Positions 1 through 6,620 of a DNA stretch of 64,000 bases are shown here, piece by piece (position 1 is the first letter of the stretch; each line of letters begins with the position of its first letter). Both the position numbers and the translations under genes were made by a program. The notes under the pieces were generated by a model. That model searched no databases and was not told the origin of the DNA. It was given only the letters and a program-made list of their open reading frames with translations. Source of the stretch: Vicinamibacterales bacterium. Lineage in GTDB: Bacteria; Acidobacteriota; Vicinamibacteria; Vicinamibacterales; SCN-69-37. The DNA lies in contig DATIWF010000062.1 in NCBI GenBank assembly GCA_035519535.1, positions 350 to 64,349 of the forward strand, in the 5' to 3' direction.

Positions 1-59
1 GCGCACCCCTTCGCTCGGAGGAGTCGAAGCAACTCCTTACCGGTGAACGTCTTCGCCAT
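1..59 (-). CDS. hicA: HicA-like toxin, first ~19 codons only (gene continues beyond the left edge)
   Basis: The reverse complement starts at ATG (57-59) and reads MAKTFTGKELLRLLRAKGCA. This fits the N-terminal G-K-E-L-x-x-L-L-x-x-x-G pattern of HicA/YcfA mRNA interferases. It is edge-truncated, so it is absent from the ORF track. Confidence 0.4.
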   Translation of the reverse strand, partial: MAKTFTGKELLRLLRAKGC

Positions 60-284
60 GCGTCTATCAGACTAGACGATTATGACAGGCCTGAAAACGT
101 CCGGTCAAATTGACGCATGATCGCTCCGTCCTGCGATGGAGAACGCCTCTCTGACGAGCTAATCGTGAGCAGTCGACTGTCGTGAACAATCGGTGAACAA
201 TCGCCTCCCGAACACCGGATAACAAGAGGTTCCAACCCGAGCTAAACCACTGAAGAACCAACGAGAACCTATACCCGCGTTACG

Positions 285-332
285 CTACGAACCAGGAGGT
301 CGCAGGTTCGAGTCCTGCAGGGCGCGCCATCC
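285..332 (+). repeat. tRNA-Arg(ACG) 3-prime half fragment, att-type direct repeat copy 1
   Basis: CTACGAACCAGGAGGTCGCAGGTTCGAGTCCTGCAGGGCGCGCCATCC contains the anticodon loop CTACGAA (anticodon ACG), the 3-prime anticodon stem, T arm GCAGG-TTCGAGT-CCTGC, acceptor strand AGGGCGC, discriminator G and CCA. The complementary 5-prime half (GCGCCCT..., CCTGG) is absent upstream. It is 48/48 identical to 3797-3844. Confidence 0.7.
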
Positions 333-490
333 CTTTTCCATAGGCCCGTTGCAACAGCCGCCCGTAGTCCAGTTCGCCAGTATGGGCCGGGCCAATCACC
401 TTGGCGGGCTCCGGATACGCGATGGCGATCGCCATCGCCCGCATCGACTTCGTGATGTGGCGGCAGCGAACAGACGGGAAGTACGCGATG

Positions 491-1384
491 TTACTTAGAT
501 GTCCGCGGGGCACGCCCGCCGAAGATATCGATGTCGTCGAAAATGTTCCTTAGCGGCTGGTCGTTCAAGTCCCGTTCATCGTGCAAGGTCGGTACCTCGA
601 CCGCATCGATAGGCAACTCGATCACGCTGTTCGCGGTCTCGACGCTGATCCTTACCAGCCCTCTGCGAACTTCATCGCGGAGGCGTGGTGCTAGCAACTC
701 GCCGCGTGGCGATTGCCCGGCGAACCAAATCAAATCAAACAAGTACGGCGCTTCGGTCTTTGTCTTTGGCGGCGCGTGACCAGTGCGCGACCCGGAATAG
801 TCGGCGGGATTTCCCATAATCTCGCGCATTGGGGGCGACGACGCTGGTTTGAGCACTTGGAACAGGATGAAGCGGTTCGCGCCGCGGTCAATGCGCCCCT
901 CGTCGTTTAGCGGCGAAACATCCCAAGCCAAGACGCGGTACGGTAGGACCTCGCCGTACTTCTTGTCGATTTCGTCAAGCGTCAATCCATCCGGGACCAT
1001 GCTAACGAACTCATTGCCATTCAGCGGCAGTTCGCCGTCCACGTGCAGCGCCTTCACGTAACCGGGCAGATCGCCCGAGTTCGTGGCGTGAACGATCATC
1101 GCGATACCGTACTCCGTGAATGACTTCATTTCCGACGTCGCGGGCATCTCGACATGGTGAGTGGTCACGACTGGTCTCACAGCGAGTTGCAGCTTGGCCG
1201 GGCTTGGAGTCGTCAGCATCCGGTCCGCGATACTCCCAGCGATTCCCACACCTGCGAGAACACAAACGACGCGAAACCAATACTCGTGAGTTCGCTTAGG
1301 CGGTTTCTTCAGGCTGAGCCGAAACCCGATCAACAACACGAGGCCCTGGGCCACTAGCGTGACGACGAAGGCCGCAAGCGCCAT
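491..1384 (-). CDS. hypothetical membrane-anchored protein (island cargo)
   Basis: 297-aa ORF with two N-terminal hydrophobic segments (AAFVVTLVAQGLVLLIGF, VVCVLAGVGIAGSI). Its composition is more balanced and lower in GC than its surroundings. I recognise no family. Confidence 0.5.
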   Translation of the reverse strand: MALAAFVVTLVAQGLVLLIGFRLSLKKPPKRTHEYWFRVVCVLAGVGIAGSIADRMLTTPSPAKLQLAVRPVVTTHHVEMPATSEMKSFTEYGIAMIVHATNSGDLPGYVKALHVDGELPLNGNEFVSMVPDGLTLDEIDKKYGEVLPYRVLAWDVSPLNDEGRIDRGANRFILFQVLKPASSPPMREIMGNPADYSGSRTGHAPPKTKTEAPYLFDLIWFAGQSPRGELLAPRLRDEVRRGLVRISVETANSVIELPIDAVEVPTLHDERDLNDQPLRNIFDDIDIFGGRAPRTSK

Positions 1385-2040
1385 GCCGTAGAGTGTAGAC
1401 CCGCTCGACCGCTCGGACCGCTGCGATTGTCTCTTCCAACGTTGAACACGTCGCTCTTCCCATCAGTGCAGGGGGCAGGTCTTCCCGCCCGGTAAGACCT
1501 TTGATCCCCGCCGCCCCATCTTCGGCCAGGACCGACGACCGCCGGGCCGGACGACGGGACGGCCGGGGGCCGGGACCGGTCTGGCCGTCTCATTTGCTTT
1601 TGTTGCCACCACGCTCAGTTCTTGACTGACTAGTGGCAATGCACCAATTCGGAACATGGTCGCCATTGCTGAAGGCGTCAACGGAAACGTTTCTGGAAAC
1701 ACTGCGAGTGGTACGGATGCAATAACGTTCAACGTGTTTGTGGCTGGCAGCAATACCGGGGTTGGAGCACTGACTATTAATCGAACGTTTTCGATGCCCA
1801 AGTAGCATCGACTAACAGGCCGGTCAATGGTCACCGTCAGCACGGACGCCGCGCGAAATCGCTCCGCTTCGCCGCGCGACGAAGCCGACCAAGGTAAAGG
1901 GGGTGACCGCCGCAGGGCGCGCCAAATAATCACCGGGGGACTTCGTCCCGCGGACCCCCTAACTCGCTCTCTCGCAAGCCGCTTCGTCGGCTTGCTCCGT
2001 TCGCGGCGCTCGCTCGCGTTTGCTCGCTCGCGATGAATTT

Positions 2041-2277
2041 GCGCGCCCGTCTCCTCCATTTTGTGAACAATTGTGAACAACTCGCTCCCGACCTTGTCCG
2101 CAGCGGCCCGTAGAGAGCCGTCGAGGACCTGCGTGTAGACATTCAGCGTCGTATCGACGTTCGCGTGTCCCATGAGCTGAGCGGCCTGTTGTGGACCGGG
2201 GGTCCGACGTGGCGGATCTCGTGGTGCTGGTGGTCGAACCGGAGAAGAAAGCGGAGTAGCTGACGGATGCTGGAATC
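2041..2277 (-). pseudogene. tyrosine recombinase (integrase) C-terminal remnant, frameshifted and lacking its N-terminal part
   Basis: The minus strand reads AAQLMGHANVDTTLNVYTQVLDGSLRAAADKVGSELFTIVHK, the LGH...T..Y catalytic-Tyr box. Another frame just upstream reads LLRFDHQHHEIRHV (HxxRH box), implying a frameshift or deletion near 2195. The expected N-terminal ~250 codons are replaced at 2278 by the 181-bp repeat. Confidence 0.55.
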
Positions 2278-2458
2278 CAGGGTGCTAGAATCGGCTGCCT
2301 CTAGAGAGGTTGTCGAAATATGACGGGCGAGCCTTCCCGTACCGCACTTACCTCCGCTCGAGCTGACTCGCTGTCCTTCGTGTCGGCCGCCTTGGTTCTT
2401 GGCGCCGCGGCCGCAAGCATGCATCTCCACGGCAGTGGACTTGAACGAGTTGGCGCGA
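2278..2458 (+). repeat. 181-bp direct repeat, copy 1 (178/181 identical to 4573-4753)
   Basis: Hand alignment gives three mismatches and no indels. The block carries TGCTAGAAT (2283-2291) and an ATG at 2320 that opens a 58-codon ORF sharing its first 46 codons with the ORF at 4615. Confidence 0.9.
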
Positions 2459-2592
2459 ATCCGTGGCAATTCCAGCCGGGCAATCCGTCCGGTTAGAAGT
2501 GGACTTATACCCCCAACTCGAACAACTACCTGTATCACGTGATTTACGACGAATACGAAGGCCATGCGACAAGCCAGGAATAGTTCCGACCT

Positions 2593-3399
2593 ATGAGAGA
2601 AGCGACCAGTCGGCGTGCGTCTTCAGGCGACTCACGCAGCGCCATTACGAGGGCTGTCGGCCGAACCGGCCATCAGCCTCCACTGCTGGTGTGCGCGGGT
2701 CTGATCTTCGTGACAGGTGTCGTCTTTCGCGTGCCCGCTGGCCAAACGACGTTGCTCAAACACGCACCTCCGGAATCAGCTAGCCAGCGATCGGCAACGG
2801 CGCGCGGCCAAACACTGGTCGTCCCGGGCGGCGTATCGCCGGACGGTCGGTTCGAGGTACGTGTCATCGAGACGAGCAGCCGAAGTCCTTCCAACTATGT
2901 TGTGGCGATCATGGACGATCGAACTGGCCAGACACGGTCGGAACTGTCGTTGAGCGGCGGTGCATTTCAGTATCAGGATGCCACCAAAGTCGTCAAGGCT
3001 CTTTGGCATCCAAGCGGACGCGTCGTCGCACTAACGGACGCAGCCACCCAACATTCGCGAGAGCTCTACTTGTACGAAGTGACGTCAAACGACGTGGTTC
3101 AACTGAAGGTGCCTGACTACGTTCAAAATGCGCTTGGGCGCGTCGGCGCCGTAACGGTCGCGACCGCCTCTGTGACTGATCCACAAGCTTGGGACTCGGA
3201 CAGGCTCAAGTGCACGCTGACATTCAATGCCACACTGCCGAACCAACCAGGCGGGCGATCGCGGACGTTTCGCGCACCGTTCGTCTTGCGCTGGGTCCAT
3301 GGTCCGAACTCTGCAAGCCAGATTGTCCTCGAGAACATGGGGCGTCCGGTTCCTGTCGGTACACTCGTCCCAGTCGCGTTGTCGTTGCGTAGATTCTGA
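2593..3399 (+). CDS. hypothetical protein, probably exported (island cargo)
   Basis: 268-aa ORF with a hydrophobic segment (LLVCAGLIFVTGVVF) followed by a Ser/Thr/Val-rich beta-looking domain. I recognise no family, and the start is uncertain. Confidence 0.45.
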   Translation: MREATSRRASSGDSRSAITRAVGRTGHQPPLLVCAGLIFVTGVVFRVPAGQTTLLKHAPPESASQRSATARGQTLVVPGGVSPDGRFEVRVIETSSRSPSNYVVAIMDDRTGQTRSELSLSGGAFQYQDATKVVKALWHPSGRVVALTDAATQHSRELYLYEVTSNDVVQLKVPDYVQNALGRVGAVTVATASVTDPQAWDSDRLKCTLTFNATLPNQPGGRSRTFRAPFVLRWVHGPNSASQIVLENMGRPVPVGTLVPVALSLRRF

Positions 3400-3796
3400 A
3401 CGGCTGACGACCAAACGAAATGGATGCCGCGCTAGAGGCGCCTGGAGCGCGGTTGGCCGTGAACTAGATCAGCTCCTCAGTGCGCATCCCCTCAGCGACT
3501 GATACACAATGAAACGTTCTGCACAAGAACACAAAGCGCGGGCGTGAGCAAGCTGAAGCGGATGAGGAAGTTGTCCCCATCAGTTACGGTCGTAGCCGAA
3601 GGATCGCAGGTCACCGAATTACCCATCCGAGACGTTGTCCTTTTCTTGCCCTTTGAGTGCATCATGGCGCGGCTCAGACGGGCCAACCAGTGCATCTGGA
3701 CAATCGCAGCTCCCGCCTGAGTTTATGGCCTCAGTTGCGTTTTCGAGCTCAGACCGGCTCACCTCGGCAACCTGCGGCAATGGCGGCTCGTTCGGA

Positions 3797-3844
3797 CTAC
3801 GAACCAGGAGGTCGCAGGTTCGAGTCCTGCAGGGCGCGCCATCC
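3797..3844 (+). repeat. tRNA-Arg(ACG) 3-prime half fragment, att-type direct repeat copy 2
   Basis: Identical 48-mer to 285-332. The upstream sequence (…GGCTCGTTCGGA) cannot form the acceptor or anticodon stems, so this is not an intact tRNA. Confidence 0.7.
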
Positions 3845-3886
3845 TCCTTCGCTCGCGGTGTCGCAAGCGCGAGCTATGGAGGATGG
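3839..3886 (+). terminator. imperfect long hairpin immediately after the tRNA-Arg 3-prime end (tRNA-trailer hairpin family)
   Basis: CCATCCTCC TTC GCTCGCG gtgtcgcaa GCGCGAGC tat GGAGGATGG: the outer 8-9 bp and inner 6-7 bp pair. The trailer CCATCC..TTCGCTC.CG is also found after tRNA-Ser at 26534. Confidence 0.35.
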
Positions 3887-4172
3887 CGCGGACGTGCTTG
3901 TGCCCGCCGAAGCGGCCTGTTCGCGTAGGCGGGCAGGGCGCGCCAGTCGCCATCGCCCCGCCACCCAAACCGCGGGGCCAGGGCGAGAGGGCGCTCACGT
4001 TTGCTCGCGCCATCGCTCACAACCACGAACCGACAGCGCGGGGCGACGGCGGACGGCAAGCGAGCCGCCTGGATCTGCACGACCGCGTGTTTAGCATCCG
4101 CGAACACTCGTTCGCCTTGGCCTTGATGTCAGGAAATGCTAATTCTTGTTATACTGGCAGCGGAGGCACGAC

Positions 4173-4466
4173 GTGAACGTTTCCCTGACCCCCGAACTCG
4201 AGCGGCTCATCAATGACAAGGTCGAGAACGGGTCCTATCAGACAGCCAGCGAGGTCGTTCGCGAAGCCCTGCGACTGTTGAAACACCGAGACGAGGGTCT
4301 GGTCCAACTGCGCCGTGAGATCCAGGCCGGACTCGATCGCGCCGGACGCGGCGAGTACGCGGAGTACGATCGGCAGTCCGCATCCAAGCTTGGGGCACGC
4401 GTGAAAGCTCGTGGACGGAAACATCTCATCGCCCTAAAGGCAGGGAAGCGCGGCACGCCGCGGTGA
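4173..4466 (+). CDS. parD: ParD-family type II antitoxin
   Basis: VNVSLTPELERLINDKVENGSYQTASEVVREALRLLKHRDE fits the ParD antitoxin N-terminal pattern. GGAGG lies 6 nt upstream of GTG 4173 (the ORF track opens earlier, at TTG 4146). The stop overlaps the next start (GTGA). Confidence 0.75.
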   Translation: MNVSLTPELERLINDKVENGSYQTASEVVREALRLLKHRDEGLVQLRREIQAGLDRAGRGEYAEYDRQSASKLGARVKARGRKHLIALKAGKRGTPR

Positions 4467-4618
4467 AGCGTTTTCGTCTGTCGACCCTGGCCGAGGCCGA
4501 CCTTGACGAGATCTGGCTCTACGTCGCTCGAGACCGCTCGGTCGAGGTCGCCAATCGCCTGATTGACGACATCAGGGTGCTAGAATCGGCTGCCTCTAGA
4601 GAGGTTGTCGAAATATGA
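4463..4618 (+). pseudogene. parE: ParE-family toxin, C-terminally truncated remnant
   Basis: VKRFRLSTLAEADLDEIWLYVARDRSVEVANRLIDDIR matches the N-terminal third of ParE/RelE-fold toxins. The similarity ends at 4572, where the 181-bp repeat starts, and the frame stops after 51 codons. Confidence 0.6.
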
Positions 4619-4753
4619 CGGGCGAGCCTTCCCGTACCGCACTTACCTCCGCTCGAGCTGACTCGCTGTCCTTCGTGTCGGCCGCCTTGGTTCTTGGCGC
4701 CGCGGCCGCTAGCATGCATCTCCACGGCGGTGGACTTGAGCGAGTTGGCGCGA
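4573..4753 (+). repeat. 181-bp direct repeat, copy 2
   Basis: 178/181 identical to 2278-2458, in the same orientation and offset by 2295 bp. Confidence 0.9.
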
Positions 4754-4914
4754 GCCTCGCTGGGCCTGGAACCGGGGCTGTCATCTGGGCAATCGCACGT
4801 GCAGCAAGGGCCAAGCCCCGTCTTCCGATAGCGATGTTCTGGACTTCACTTGCTTTCCTCGCGATTGGGGTTCTCGTCAGCTACATCGAATGGTCAAGAC
4901 GCCTGGTCAGATGA
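4615..4914 (+). CDS. hypothetical small membrane protein (5-prime end lies inside the 181-bp repeat)
   Basis: 99-aa ORF with a hydrophobic C-terminal segment (MFWTSLAFLAIGVLVSYI). It sits 28 nt downstream of the TGCTAGAAT -10-like element. There is no homology evidence. Confidence 0.3.
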   Translation: MTGEPSRTALTSARADSLSFVSAALVLGAAAASMHLHGGGLERVGASLAGPGTGAVIWAIARAARAKPRLPIAMFWTSLAFLAIGVLVSYIEWSRRLVR

Positions 4915-5016
4915 CAGCCGGCTTCCTTTGGTTCCGCCGAGGGCGCGCCGCACTCAGCATGTTTCCTTTCTTGAGATCCGGATAGTTCAGCGACCGATGA
5001 AGGGTCGCGCGGGTCG

Positions 5017-5048
5017 ATACGTATAGAATCGATGTTAGTATACGTATA
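5017..5048 (+). promoter_or_regulatory. putative vapBC operator: two copies of the palindromic ATACGTATA
   Basis: ATACGTATA occurs at 5017-5025 and 5040-5048, 23 bp apart centre to centre, in an AT-rich patch that abuts the vapB start codon (5048). Confidence 0.4.
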
Positions 5049-5275
5049 TGCCGAAGCTGACACTCAGCGTCGACGAAAAGGTCGTGCGCCGGGCGAAACG
5101 GTATGCGGCGGCCCAGGGCACGTCGGTGTCGAAGCTCGTCGAGCGCTACCTCGACCTCCTTGCACGGCCCCTTGAGATGTCGAAGGCGCCGCCGGTCCTG
5201 CGGATGCTCCGCGGCGCGGCCCGTGGCGTGTCGGCCGACACGTACCGCAAGCACGTCATGCGCAAGTACCAGTGA
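5048..5275 (+). CDS. vapB: VapB-type antitoxin (DUF6364-like)
   Basis: 75 aa. MPKLTLSVDEKVVRRAKRYAAAQGTSVSKLVERYL is typical of the small antitoxins found upstream of PIN toxins. Its stop overlaps the vapC start by 4 nt. Confidence 0.7.
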   Translation: MPKLTLSVDEKVVRRAKRYAAAQGTSVSKLVERYLDLLARPLEMSKAPPVLRMLRGAARGVSADTYRKHVMRKYQ

Positions 5276-5691
5276 AGCCGCTTCTGCTCGACCTGAACGT
5301 CATTCTCGATGTGATTCTCGACCGCGCACCCGGCGTCGAACCGGCGTCAGCGTTGTGGGCGGCCATTGAGAGCGGTCGCGGCCGGGGACTCATTCCGGCG
5401 CATGGCCTGACGACCGTCTTCTATCTGCTCGACAAGGCGCGCGACGCCGCCTTTGCGCGGAGCGGCGTCGAGCGGTTGATCAGCGTCTTTGGCGTCGCGC
5501 CGATCGATGACACGGTCGTGCGCCGAGCGCTAGGACTGGGCTGGCCAGACTTCGAAGACGCCGTCTGCGCCGCCGCCGCGGAGGCGAGCGGATGCCAGGC
5601 GATTGTCACTCGGGACCCGGACGGATTCCCTGACTCCCCAGTGCCTGTCGTGGATCCGGCCGGCGCGTTGAGCTGGATGCTGCGCGCGTGA
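5272..5691 (+). CDS. vapC: PIN-domain ribonuclease toxin VapC
   Basis: 139 aa with LLDLNVILD (first acidic residue), FEDAV and IVTRD motifs in PIN-domain spacing. Confidence 0.85.
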   Translation: MKPLLLDLNVILDVILDRAPGVEPASALWAAIESGRGRGLIPAHGLTTVFYLLDKARDAAFARSGVERLISVFGVAPIDDTVVRRALGLGWPDFEDAVCAAAAEASGCQAIVTRDPDGFPDSPVPVVDPAGALSWMLRA

Positions 5692-5838
5692 GTCCCGGCC
5701 GGTGGTGATCGGAAGATCTATCAGAAAGCCATCCCGTGAGCCGCGTCGGCCCAGCCGGGGCCGGGCGAAACCGCAGTTGAGATGCGCTACCATTGAGCCG
5801 TCCGATTGGCGATCCTCCAGGCCCTCAGGACGGAGTGA

Positions 5839-6327
5839 ATGATGTCTTCGATCGTCGTCAGCGTGGCGCTGACCGCGTCGCTCGTTCTTCTTCAGTCATC
5901 CGCCAGTTCGCCAGCGTCCCGTGCGCCGCAGGTCGCCTGCCAGCTCGTGACGCAGGTGCAAATTGGGCAGGCGACCGGCGCCACCGTCGGCGCCGGGTCA
6001 CCGATCGCAGCGCCGACGTCGTGTCAGTGGGCCGGTCAAGGGAAGATCGTGACGCTCACAATCAACCAACCGCGCGGCGGTAAGAGCCCGGTGGACCAGT
6101 TCACGGCCGGGAAGACGACCTCGCTCCCAGGCATCACAACCGAAGCGCTCAGCGGCGTGGGAGACGATGCGTACTACGTGTTCTACGCCGGCACCAACCG
6201 GGCGGGTTGTGGTCTGGTCGTCAAGATAGGGACGTCGGTGTTCGAGGTCCGGGTGTACGGCTTCGATCTCGCCCAGGCAAAGACGGTCAGCAAGACGATC
6301 GCGCTCGACGCGGTCGGAAAGTTCTGA
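5839..6327 (+). CDS. hypothetical secreted protein
   Basis: 162 aa with an N-terminal signal-like segment (MMSSIVVSVALTASLVLLQSSA). I recognise no family. Confidence 0.5.
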   Translation: MMSSIVVSVALTASLVLLQSSASSPASRAPQVACQLVTQVQIGQATGATVGAGSPIAAPTSCQWAGQGKIVTLTINQPRGGKSPVDQFTAGKTTSLPGITTEALSGVGDDAYYVFYAGTNRAGCGLVVKIGTSVFEVRVYGFDLAQAKTVSKTIALDAVGKF

Positions 6328-6461
6328 GCACGTCTGCGCCCGGTCTATCAAGGCATCACCTACACGAGCCGCGAGACCGTGGTCGACATCGGTCCGGTGC
6401 ACGCCGCGGCCGATCGGCGCCGGAGGCAGCGGCCGCGCGCCGTACGATGTATTGATGGAGA

Positions 6462-6620
6462 ATGCCTGACACTCGCTCGCTGCCAACCGATCCGATCTAC
6501 TCGTCGGGCGACATTCTGGTGGAGGAGGCCGAGGGTGGCAGCTACCAGGTCTCCCGAGTGTCGGCCAATGGGGTGCTCCAGCTACATGCTGGGCAGAAGC
6601 AGGTGCCAGCAGTTCGATGA
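6462..6620 (+). CDS. small ORF (52 aa), diverged or truncated paralogue of the ORF at 10662; its stop overlaps the ABC-F start
   Basis: MPDTRSLPTDPIYSSGDILVEEAEGGSYQVSRVSANG... is about 89 percent nt-identical over the first ~110 nt to 10662 onward (hand alignment). TGA 6618-6620 overlaps ATG 6617 (ATGA). Confidence 0.3.
   Translation: MPDTRSLPTDPIYSSGDILVEEAEGGSYQVSRVSANGVLQLHAGQKQVPAVR

Noticed and set aside
67-513. ORFs 67-261 and 280-513 (minus) as real genes near att copy 1.
   Set aside because: 280-513 reads through the tRNA-fragment repeat (…ARPAGLEPATSWFV is simply the translated T arm). 67-261 contains the eroded GTGAACAA module, which is better explained as a decayed integrase 3-prime end. 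Neither has a convincing start or composition.
3509-3720. Small overlapping ORFs in the AT-richer stretch left of att copy 2: a 12-codon MKRSAQEHKARA, then via GTGA overlap a 59-codon VSKLKRMRKL... They are possibly an excisionase or regulator of the island.
   Set aside because: There is no recognisable HTH or excisionase motif, the frames are short, and no ribosome-binding site is evident. The evidence is not sufficient to call a gene.
5765-5805. tRNA-like string on the minus strand (GGCTCAATGGTAGCGCA, resembling a D arm), just right of vapBC, as a possible island boundary.
   Set aside because: Attempted folding fails. There is no anticodon stem pairing, no GTTCGA-type T arm and no acceptor complement. 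It is probably a chance match.
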